Source: an uncultured archaeon
GTDB taxonomy: Archaea > Asgardarchaeota > Thorarchaeia > Thorarchaeales > Thorarchaeaceae
Direction: 5' to 3'
Assembly: GCA_964558645.1 (NCBI GenBank)
Contig: CAZLEV010000001.1
Span: 29,568-93,567, forward strand
DNA length: 64,000 nucleotides
A program made the position numbers and the translations under genes. Under the pieces are notes generated by a model. That model was not told the origin of the DNA, ran no database searches, and saw only the letters and a list, made by a program, of their open reading frames with translations. Shown here piece after piece: positions 9,857-18,220 of this stretch (position 1 is its first letter; each line of letters opens with the position of its first letter).

Positions 9857-10990
9857 TCATTTTCTACGCGACAACTCTCGACGCATAGAGAGGGCTGCAT
9901 CATAGAGAACTTCCGGTGGCGTGAGTACGTAGAGAAGGTTACGAGAATAGCCAGACTCGAATACGATACTCTGAAAGATGAGCGTCTGCAGACTCTTCTC
10001 GATGTCATCACGCGCATGCTTGATTCCCAGCTCTTCACACTTGATGAGTGCCAGCTCGTTCAATGTCTTTCTGTCGATATAGGTTTCAGTCTTATATCTC
10101 ATCAGATGCTCAGTCATTGCCTCCAGGACGAGTAGTGTCATGAAGTCGTTCATCGCTACGGTCTCAACAATCTCCATGTAGTCTTGGTCAAGGCCAAATG
10201 TAGTTATGTTAGAAGTTGCTGACCTTACCATATCGGAATCAATCTCCTGGCCTCGCGAGGCAAGCGGCCAGAGGGCTTTCAGTGCCTCAATCGAAGTCTT
10301 GGGTTTCGAGGCATCGAACTCACAGACCAGATCAGTGATGTAGCGAATCACCTCATCTGTCAGGCCGAGCGGAAATGTGTCTTCTACCCTCATCCGAACA
10401 ATCTCGTAGAGCTGACTCTGAGTGTACGTGTCTAGAGGAACCTCAAAGTCATATGCCATGTCTGTGGCCGGTTTCTTTGTCAAGAGCCGATAGTCATGAC
10501 TGTTGAGCACGCCAATGGTAGACGCGCGAATCTCCTTAGATAACCTGGCGAGTCTGAGATAGACATCTTCGTTTGTTTCGTCGATGTTATCAAGCACAAA
10601 GACTGTCTTCTTGGTATCTGCAGCAGTGCGCTTGAATTGCATCCACAACACATCAAGGTCAAAAGCCACAGTGATTGGCCTGTTGGTTTCTCTGTGTATT
10701 TTGTCATTGAGCTCTGCAACTATCTCCAGGAGGTCCTTCCGCTTTGCGTCCACGTATACAGTATGCGCATCGAATCTATCTGGAATGAGTCTTGTGAGGA
10801 AGTAGCGGGAGAACACGGTCATACCAACACCAGTTATCCCGTGTACGAGGCAGTTGACTCCGTAGTCTTCTTCGTAGGAGTCTGAGTATACTCCTACAAT
10901 GTTGTCCAGCTCCCTGTGTCTATGGAGAAGCTTCTCGGGCACGTAATATGGATCAAAGAGCCCCTTTGGACTACGATGAGGTCTTACCAT
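9857..10990 (-). CDS. Cdc6/Orc1-family AAA+ paralog with degenerate Walker motifs
   Basis: FDPYYVPEKLLHRHREL and YTQSQLYEIVRMR match Cdc6. Walker A is GITGVGMT (K to M) and Walker B is VFVLDNID (E to N). Confidence 0.82.
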   Translation of the reverse strand: MVRPHRSPKGLFDPYYVPEKLLHRHRELDNIVGVYSDSYEEDYGVNCLVHGITGVGMTVFSRYFLTRLIPDRFDAHTVYVDAKRKDLLEIVAELNDKIHRETNRPITVAFDLDVLWMQFKRTAADTKKTVFVLDNIDETNEDVYLRLARLSKEIRASTIGVLNSHDYRLLTKKPATDMAYDFEVPLDTYTQSQLYEIVRMRVEDTFPLGLTDEVIRYITDLVCEFDASKPKTSIEALKALWPLASRGQEIDSDMVRSATSNITTFGLDQDYMEIVETVAMNDFMTLLVLEAMTEHLMRYKTETYIDRKTLNELALIKCEELGIKHARDDIEKSLQTLIFQSIVFESGYSRNLLYVLTPPEVLYDAALSMRRELSRRK

Positions 10991-11062
10991 AGCTATCGGA
11001 CATCTGTTCCTTCCAACCTATATAAGCACCACAGAGGGTTGACCGAAAGTATTCACCTGTTT

Positions 11063-12400
11063 CTAAGCCATCGACTCGAGTATATCATCACAGTCTGGGT
11101 CGAAGATAAAGGGGTTGAACCTTGTTCCGACAATCTCTCTGAGTTCTCGTAGCCTGTTGAGTTTCGCATCGTTGCTGAAGATCCACTTATGCTCTGGTTT
11201 TGGAGTTATACCCATTTCTTCGCAGAGGGTGACCATTTGCTTTACAACCTTGAATTTCTCAGCACCTGTCTTACCATCTGGCAGTATCTCGCGTGAGTGC
11301 ATTATCATCCCATAGGCGGGTGTATTGTCTCCGAGGTACCACTTGCTGGGGGCATGCCCATACTTCGCAAGAGGGACAAATCCGTTTTCGAGCAATAGCT
11401 CATCGATGCGATCGATGCACTTCTGCATATTAGTGAGGCTATGGTCATAGAAACCGTACCCCTCGAAGAGCGCCATCTGAACGCCTTCCCTGGGATTCTG
11501 CTTCGGCAGTTTCAAGCGGATGTCTTTCATCGATTGCGTCTCCCGTCTGGTGAGTGATTTCACCTCTGTGATATCGGATAAGACGTCATGAGACGCCTCT
11601 GGGTATTCAAGAATGAGCAATGGGGGATTCAGCTTTGACTTGACATCTGGGTGAGTGAATAGGATCGATTCTCCATAAGTAATCGGGACCTGAAGATCAA
11701 CCATCCTTTCCAGTGCCTTCCCAAACTCATCCGCATCATCGAACTGCATCAATCCACCAGCCAAGTTCTGCTCCTCAATGGGTCGGATCTTCAGCCGCAT
11801 CCCCGTTATGGCTCCCAGCGTTCCGTGCGATGCAGCTATGTCATCCAGGTTCATTTCCTTTCGATTCAATCTTTCCTCAATGTCAGTATTGGTGGAACTC
11901 ACACCCTGATGTGAAACCGTAATCTCGTCCCCCGTTGAGAGCAGCATCTTCACCCATACCGTGTTGTCGCGCATCGTTCCATTGATCCATGCATCATTAC
12001 CTCCACCGTCTGTGCTCAAGAGACCTCCCACGGTGGCGATATCTCGGCTGCTTGGCGCAACCCAGAACTTGTAAGCATCCTTCTCTATTATACCATTCAA
12101 GTCATCAGGAGTGACTCCCGGTTCTACATCCACATAGCCCTCTTCTAGATTGAGAGTGTGCATTTTCTTCATCTGCAGGGTGCTGACCATGATACGTTCG
12201 GTGTTTCCGCCCGTACAGGCGCCACTGAGGCCCGAACCACCACCCTTCATGGTGATATTCAAGTTTCTGTGGCTCGCCTCCTCGATTATTTGGCGCAGTT
12301 CATCAGTGCTTCTTGGATAGAATACTCCCTTGATTCTGTTGAACCTCAGCTTATAGTATATCGAGGCGTTTGCCCCGATTGCGATATCTCGCAGCTTCAC
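11063..12400 (-). CDS. FAD-binding oxidoreductase (GlcD/D-lactate dehydrogenase-like)
   Basis: KGGGSGLSGAC, PSS..ATVGG and SHGTLGAIT motifs, C-terminal EH. Likely GTG start at 12400, adjacent to the upstream stop and preceded by GGAGG. Confidence 0.85.
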   Translation of the reverse strand: MKLRDIAIGANASIYYKLRFNRIKGVFYPRSTDELRQIIEEASHRNLNITMKGGGSGLSGACTGGNTERIMVSTLQMKKMHTLNLEEGYVDVEPGVTPDDLNGIIEKDAYKFWVAPSSRDIATVGGLLSTDGGGNDAWINGTMRDNTVWVKMLLSTGDEITVSHQGVSSTNTDIEERLNRKEMNLDDIAASHGTLGAITGMRLKIRPIEEQNLAGGLMQFDDADEFGKALERMVDLQVPITYGESILFTHPDVKSKLNPPLLILEYPEASHDVLSDITEVKSLTRRETQSMKDIRLKLPKQNPREGVQMALFEGYGFYDHSLTNMQKCIDRIDELLLENGFVPLAKYGHAPSKWYLGDNTPAYGMIMHSREILPDGKTGAEKFKVVKQMVTLCEEMGITPKPEHKWIFSNDAKLNRLRELREIVGTRFNPFIFDPDCDDILESMA

Positions 12401-12401
12401 G

Positions 12402-13508
12402 TTATCGCCCTCCCGTAAGTGCTTCAAGAAGCAGTTCAACGATATCGCGGGTCTTGACGCCTGCCGAGAGAAGCTGTTCTCTACAGGAAGGGCAGCATGT
12501 GAGAACGACTTCGTCTTCAAGGTCTTCGCTCTCTTTCCTGAACTCGATTATCTTGGTGCTCAGCTCAGTGTCAGTCATCCGGAGTAGTCCCCCGCCACCA
12601 CAACAGGCCGACTCCAAGTCACGGTACTCAATTCCTATCCTCTCCATGAGTTCGCGTGGCTCTCTCTCTACGCCCATGATTCTGTGAAGCTCGCAGGGAT
12701 CGTGGTACGCATATTCTACTCTTGTTTCGATACGGGGTATGTCCTCCAGTTCTCTCTCGAAGAACTGCGTGTGATGAAGGACGTCAATGCCATCCAACCC
12801 GTGGTGTTCAGCCAACTCGATCAGGCATCCGGGACAGCAAGTGATGAGTGTTGTCGCTCCAGTGGACTCTATGACATTCTTGTTGTGGCGCCGGAGATCA
12901 ACGGCTGCATCGTCCTTTCCCATGAGATGCAAGGGATGAGAGCAGCAGAACTCCTCCGCGCCCATCACAAGGTAGTCTGCATCAATGATCTCGAGTGTCT
13001 TGAAGAGCGCCTTCACAACATCAATCTGTGTGGCTCGGAACGACATAAGACAGCCCAGAAAGACGACTGTTTCAGCTGTCTTGCCGGGCTGGTAGATTCT
13101 GTCTTCGATATTGGGCAGCTCGTCAATCAGTTCATCGATCCAGAAGACCGCTCGGTCCTCGGGAGAGAACCCATAGATATTCTTCACATCTGCTAGTGAC
13201 TCTTTGAGTGACTCCAAATGGTCAAATTGCTCTGGAGCAGTGTCAAACGCCCGTGCACGTTGGTTGTGCCATATCTTAAGAAGGTCAACATCTGAAGAAC
13301 ACATTTCGGCACATCGTCCGCACATCGTACATTGGAAGAGGAGACGTCTGAACTCTCTTCCAAGCTCTTCATCCTCCTCAATCTGCTCCATGACTTGCAG
13401 CAGATACGCCTTACCTCTTGGTGAATACTGCTCCTCGCCGGTGACTTGGAACAACGGGCAGAAGCTGAGGCACGACCCACAGCGCACGCAACGTTCGTAT
13501 TCTTCCAT
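12402..13508 (-). CDS. Fe-S oxidoreductase with 2x[4Fe-4S] and CCG domains (GlcF/HdrD-like)
   Basis: CVRCGSCLSFCP, CTMCGRCAEMC, EFCCSH, YHDPC, CCGGGG and CCPSC motifs. ATG at 13508 with upstream GAGG. Confidence 0.88.
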   Translation of the reverse strand: MEEYERCVRCGSCLSFCPLFQVTGEEQYSPRGKAYLLQVMEQIEEDEELGREFRRLLFQCTMCGRCAEMCSSDVDLLKIWHNQRARAFDTAPEQFDHLESLKESLADVKNIYGFSPEDRAVFWIDELIDELPNIEDRIYQPGKTAETVVFLGCLMSFRATQIDVVKALFKTLEIIDADYLVMGAEEFCCSHPLHLMGKDDAAVDLRRHNKNVIESTGATTLITCCPGCLIELAEHHGLDGIDVLHHTQFFERELEDIPRIETRVEYAYHDPCELHRIMGVEREPRELMERIGIEYRDLESACCGGGGLLRMTDTELSTKIIEFRKESEDLEDEVVLTCCPSCREQLLSAGVKTRDIVELLLEALTGGR

Positions 13509-13702
13509 TTCATGAGACCTCTCTTGTGGATAAGGTGTGCCATCCCGTATTCCAAATGAGCATGACGGTAGAGGATATTCCAAAGGATGCGCTTTACGGT
13601 CTGTTCTGTCGGTATTCCGTGGGGTGATGAATGCTCTTTTCGGCGCATATTTATGCAGTCAAGCATGGACACAAAGACGACGCATTCAGGAATCGATGAG
13701 AC

Positions 13703-15691
13703 ATGGAGCGAAAGAGACCCATCGCAATCGTTTTGGTTCTTCTTATCGCAGGTAGTGTCGCCGTTGGCGCGCTGTTTTTCCTGCCCAGTGGTGATGAGAT
13801 ACTCGACGACGATGAAGACGACGGAATTGAGCCAACAGAAATCATCCCTCATCCCTATAATGCATTGAACTGGTGGGATTTGCCCGGCAGTTTCAGCTCC
13901 ATGTCAAACTATCTCGATGTGCTGAACCATTTTGCCTCAATAGGCATACGTTATGACTACACTGATGGATACTACGATGCGGCAGAATATGTGATGGGAT
14001 ACCTTGAGGCCCGAAATATCGAAGCTGAGTTCTGGGGTCCCCATGACTCTGTGGTTGGAGTTCAGAGAGGCTATGGTTCTGACAACCGAGCCATCGTCTT
14101 CGGAGCACATCTAGATGGACCGCCTTCTACAACTGGCATCGACCAGAATGCAGGTGGCTGTGCCACCGTCATGATTGCTGCGAGAATCTTATCGCAGTTC
14201 AGACTGCCGATAGATATCTACTACTGCTTCTTCCAAGGAAATATGGAGTTCTTGGACGAGCAGCAGAAGAACCGTGCCATGTGGGGCTCCCAAGAAGTCA
14301 GCCAGATTCTGCTCAGTCAGGGCGTAGATGTCTTGGCCATGTACAACTTCGATGAGATTCTCTATCACATACCGGGTGTAGAAGGTCCCAAGCTTGACTT
14401 TGAGTACAAGTATCCGGGAACTACTGGCTATCACTCAACGAAGTACCTTGCTGATTTGCTCTATGCTTTCATGAATGGATACGACCACGGAACTACTCTG
14501 CGAATCAGACAATACGACCAGACCCAAACGGACCACTGGGCCTTCTGGGACCGAGGTTTTCCTGCGGTGAACGTGAGGAGTCCAGTCGGGGTCGATGAGA
14601 TGCTTCCTTACTCTGATTCTGTCTTCTGGGACTTCTTCTATAAGGAGCAAGGATTCTACCTCGCACGAGCGGCCGCATCGGTTGCAGTGTATTTGGGTAT
14701 GAAGGGAAATGGTGAGCACACAATTCAGAAGATCCAGACATCTCTGGTGACCGGAGAATCTGCCAGTCTTACCACAGTGTGCACAGTTGAACAGGAGTTC
14801 CTCATCCGCGGAGCAGTCCCTGAGAACAGCACACTGACACTCACAGTGAAAAGCGGAGGCACGCTGTATCTTCCCACAGTAGAGATTGAGACCGGGAATT
14901 TCTCCATGAATACCACCACCTCTGTCAGCATCGGCCTTGTTACGCTTGAAGTCACGAATACTGGAAACACCAACGAGACCTTCACTGTGTTCATGGAGTA
15001 CTCCTCTGACACTAACGGAGATGGAATCCTAGACTCAGTCGAATATGAATGGCCTGAGCCTGATCCCCCGCTGGACTGGGATGGTGACGGTCTTCCGGAT
15101 GCCAATGAAACCAGAATTGGTACAGACATTTTCAAGGTCGACACGGATGGTGACGGAATAAGTGACTATGTGGAGGTCCAGAACGGACTCAACCCTCTGC
15201 TTCATGACGCTAATGCTGACTATGATGACGATGGCTTGCCGAATCATCTGGAGATCTCTCTGGGTTTGGATCCTCTTTCCAATGATACAGACGTTGACGG
15301 CATGCCGGACGGCTGGGAGAGGGAGAACGGACTGGACCCTCTTGTATATGATAGCGGAGAAGATCCAGATAACGACGGGCTCACCAATCTTGAGGAATTC
15401 ATTCATGGAACGGATCCTCATTCGCCTGATACTGACAATGACGGCATTGACGATGCTGAAGAGGTCCTGAGGGGAATGGATCCCACTTCACCGGATTCAG
15501 ACGGTGACGGGCTGCCAGACTTGCTAGAGTTACTAGAAGGTCTTAACCCACTCAATCCGGACTGCGACTGGGACTTCGCTCCTGACGGCTTTGATCCCAA
15601 CCCTGTCGTCAATAAGTGGTTAGTGATCGGGTTCATTGCTCTCGTCCCGGTCCTGATAGGCTCAATCATCCTCAGAAGGCGAATAGAATAG
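13703..15691 (+). CDS. Membrane-anchored M28-family peptidase-like protein with thrombospondin type-3-like Ca-binding (DxDxDG) repeats
   Basis: N-terminal TM/signal; GAHLD, DQNAGG and TDH motifs; repeated D.D.DG..D..E...G.DP units at ~15007-15600; C-terminal TM plus RRR. Confidence 0.8.
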   Translation: MERKRPIAIVLVLLIAGSVAVGALFFLPSGDEILDDDEDDGIEPTEIIPHPYNALNWWDLPGSFSSMSNYLDVLNHFASIGIRYDYTDGYYDAAEYVMGYLEARNIEAEFWGPHDSVVGVQRGYGSDNRAIVFGAHLDGPPSTTGIDQNAGGCATVMIAARILSQFRLPIDIYYCFFQGNMEFLDEQQKNRAMWGSQEVSQILLSQGVDVLAMYNFDEILYHIPGVEGPKLDFEYKYPGTTGYHSTKYLADLLYAFMNGYDHGTTLRIRQYDQTQTDHWAFWDRGFPAVNVRSPVGVDEMLPYSDSVFWDFFYKEQGFYLARAAASVAVYLGMKGNGEHTIQKIQTSLVTGESASLTTVCTVEQEFLIRGAVPENSTLTLTVKSGGTLYLPTVEIETGNFSMNTTTSVSIGLVTLEVTNTGNTNETFTVFMEYSSDTNGDGILDSVEYEWPEPDPPLDWDGDGLPDANETRIGTDIFKVDTDGDGISDYVEVQNGLNPLLHDANADYDDDGLPNHLEISLGLDPLSNDTDVDGMPDGWERENGLDPLVYDSGEDPDNDGLTNLEEFIHGTDPHSPDTDNDGIDDAEEVLRGMDPTSPDSDGDGLPDLLELLEGLNPLNPDCDWDFAPDGFDPNPVVNKWLVIGFIALVPVLIGSIILRRRIE

Positions 15692-15896
15692 GCTTGCTTG
15701 TCCGCTCATGATGTTTCTCTGAGCATGGTGAATCTAGGGGTGCTGGACTATGTGACCCGGCATTCGCCAAGAGGACAATAGATGAAGGACATCTGTCCCT
15801 AGAGCGTGGAGCGTCTTCTTCGTGGGGTTCCTTGACTCTGTGTAGGTTCACATGTTGGACTATGTCCACCCATATTGCAGACAAAAAAGAGTGATG

Positions 15897-15921
15897 AGGA
15901 TGGAGAATAGTGCTCCATCCT
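15897..15921. terminator. Hairpin/putative terminator downstream of the malic enzyme gene
   Basis: AGGATGGAG-N7-CTCCATCCT, with an A-run upstream (T-run on the minus strand) and TTT downstream. Confidence 0.55.
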
Positions 15922-15944
15922 TTTGCTCTCCCTAGATGAACGGC

Positions 15945-17300
15945 TTAGAGAGGTGCCTTAGGAATGAAACCCTTTTCGTACAGGACTTCTGAGGATCCGC
16001 GTGCTGTCCGGATGACATGCTCTGCATGCTCGTAGAGGTCCTTTTCTTCCCACTCCTTGCGGGCAATGCCTTGTTCGATGGCCTTCATTCCCACTGCGGT
16101 CGCCTCAAGAGGATAGAGCTCCCATTGGTCCATAGTTGGAATCACTTTCTTCTCGCTTGCCTCTTTGGCACCAAGATCTGCCAGTGCTCTTGCTGCCGCA
16201 ACGCACATCTCATCTGTAATCGTTGTAGCCTGCACATCGAGTGTACCACGGAAGATTCCTGGGAAGCCGAGTGAGTTGTTGATCTGGTTGTCGAAGTCAC
16301 TCCTACCAGTGCCAACAATCCTTGCGCCTGCGGCCTTTGCATCCCACGGCCAGATTTCGGGCATCGGGTTAGCACAGGCAAAGACGATTGCATCATCAGC
16401 CATTTTTTCGATCCATTCTTTCTTTATGGTTCCTGGTACTGGGCGAGATGCTGCAATAAGTACGTCTGTCCCATCGATTACCTCCCCCAAGTCACCGGTC
16501 ATGCGGTCGGGATTTGTCTTCTGAGCCAAGTCATACTTGAAAGTGTCGTAGTCCTTTTCTTCGACGATATCTTCGCGATCTGAATAAATCGCACCTGTGC
16601 TATCTACCATCACGACGTTCTTGGGGTCTACACCTGCTGCGAAAAGTAGGTAGGCTGTGCGTGTGTTGGCCGACCCGACCCCAAGCAAAGCGACTTTCAC
16701 GTTTTCGATGTCTTTCTTCACAACATCCAGTGCGCCTATCACACCTGCAAGAACAACAGTCCCTGTGCCTTGTGCGTCATCATGCCAGACCGGTATTTTG
16801 ATTTCAGGGTCATTTCTCAACTCTTCGAGAACCCTGTAGCATTTTGGCTTGGAGATATCTTCCAGATTGATTCCACCAAAGGTTGGCTGGATCAGTTTGA
16901 CAGTCTTGATTATCTCGTCTGGGTCCTTGGTGTCAAGGCATATGGGCCAAGCATCAACTCCGCCAAGGTACTTGAAGAGGATTGACTTGCCCTCCATCAC
17001 GGGTCCTGCACCGTAGGGGCCTATGTCGCCAAGTCCAAGCACTCTCGTTCCGTCACTTACAACTGCAACCATGTTGCCTTTGTTTGTGTGTTCGTATGCG
17101 AGTTCTTCATTCTCTGCAATGGCACGGCATGGCGCTGCAACACCTGGCGTGTACCATATAGCGAAATCCGAGAAATCCCGAACGGGTGCCTTCCCGATGG
17201 ATTGGATTTTGCCCCGGTAGAACGGGTGCAACTCCATCGCATCCTTGGAGGGTTTCTCGGCCTTCTTCAATTCCTCAATGTTTACTTTTTCATCAGGCAT
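15945..17300 (-). CDS. NAD(P)-dependent malic enzyme
   Basis: YTPGVA, VVSDGTRVLGLGDIG, GGINLEDI, WHDDAQGT, NPMPEI and NQINNSLGFPGIFRG motifs. Confidence 0.95.
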   Translation of the reverse strand: MPDEKVNIEELKKAEKPSKDAMELHPFYRGKIQSIGKAPVRDFSDFAIWYTPGVAAPCRAIAENEELAYEHTNKGNMVAVVSDGTRVLGLGDIGPYGAGPVMEGKSILFKYLGGVDAWPICLDTKDPDEIIKTVKLIQPTFGGINLEDISKPKCYRVLEELRNDPEIKIPVWHDDAQGTGTVVLAGVIGALDVVKKDIENVKVALLGVGSANTRTAYLLFAAGVDPKNVVMVDSTGAIYSDREDIVEEKDYDTFKYDLAQKTNPDRMTGDLGEVIDGTDVLIAASRPVPGTIKKEWIEKMADDAIVFACANPMPEIWPWDAKAAGARIVGTGRSDFDNQINNSLGFPGIFRGTLDVQATTITDEMCVAAARALADLGAKEASEKKVIPTMDQWELYPLEATAVGMKAIEQGIARKEWEEKDLYEHAEHVIRTARGSSEVLYEKGFIPKAPL

Positions 17301-17428
17301 TCTAATCAGGCCTCACAATCATACGAGACAGATTCTGGTCTGTCATTCAGGCCAGAGTGACAATCGGCACGATTAAAATCTATGTGTCCAACTATATCAA
17401 CAGAGAGCCTTATTGACGAAGGTTCCTG

Positions 17429-18205
17429 TTGGCAACCTATACGAAGGAGAAGATTATTGTGGCCGATAGAGTGGGTGACGAGTTCTTTGAGAAGACGAAA
17501 TATCAGCGCGGACGGCTACCCGGACACACGTTAGACTGGAATAGCAAGCCACCTGTGCATAAGGAGTACTCGTCTGCCCCCAAGGTATCCCTTCCGCCTC
17601 CGCAGACATCGAACGGGCCTGACCTATGGCAGACCTTGGAGAGCCGCCGCAGCGTGAGAGCCTATACTGATGAACCATTGACGCGGCAGCAGCTCTCTCA
17701 GCTGCTCTGGGCAACACAGGGAATCACCGCAGAGGTGAGTGGAACGGATCTTCGTACTGCCCCATCGGCCGGCGCACTATATCCCATCGAAACTTATCTC
17801 TGCATCAATAACGTGAAAGGTCTGGGCTCGGGACTATATCACTATGACATCAAGAACCATCGGCTCGACGTCCTGAAGGAAGGCGACTTTTCTCAGGATA
17901 TCAAGCGTGGGGCTCTGGATCAGCAGATGGCTCAGAAGGCGGCGGTCGTGTTCATCTGGAGCGCAGTGATGCAACGATCAAAATGGAAATACCTCCAGAG
18001 GGCCTATCGCTACATCTTGCTGGATGCTGGTCACATCGCACAGAATCTTGCACTTGCAGCAGAGGGTATGGGTCTTGGGAGCTGTCAGATAGGAGCACTC
18101 TACGATGATGAGTTGAATCGGCTGTTAGAACTGGACGGCAAATCCGAGAGCGTTATCTATCTCAGCTCGGTAAGCTATCCCGCGAGAAAGCGCGATAGGC
18201 CCTGA
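17429..18205 (+). CDS. SagB/ThcOx-family FMN-dependent dehydrogenase (nitroreductase superfamily)
   Basis: RRSVR, LSQLLWATQG, RTAPSAGALYP and DAGHIAQNL motifs. Confidence 0.9.
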   Translation: MATYTKEKIIVADRVGDEFFEKTKYQRGRLPGHTLDWNSKPPVHKEYSSAPKVSLPPPQTSNGPDLWQTLESRRSVRAYTDEPLTRQQLSQLLWATQGITAEVSGTDLRTAPSAGALYPIETYLCINNVKGLGSGLYHYDIKNHRLDVLKEGDFSQDIKRGALDQQMAQKAAVVFIWSAVMQRSKWKYLQRAYRYILLDAGHIAQNLALAAEGMGLGSCQIGALYDDELNRLLELDGKSESVIYLSSVSYPARKRDRP

Positions 18206-18220
18206 TTTCTCAATCAAGGA

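Noticed and set aside
17429-18205. SagB-like dehydrogenase as part of an azole RiPP cluster
   Set aside because: No YcaO, E1-like partner or precursor nearby. Stand-alone SagB-type nitroreductases are common in archaea, and it lies ~29 kb from the rSAM locus.
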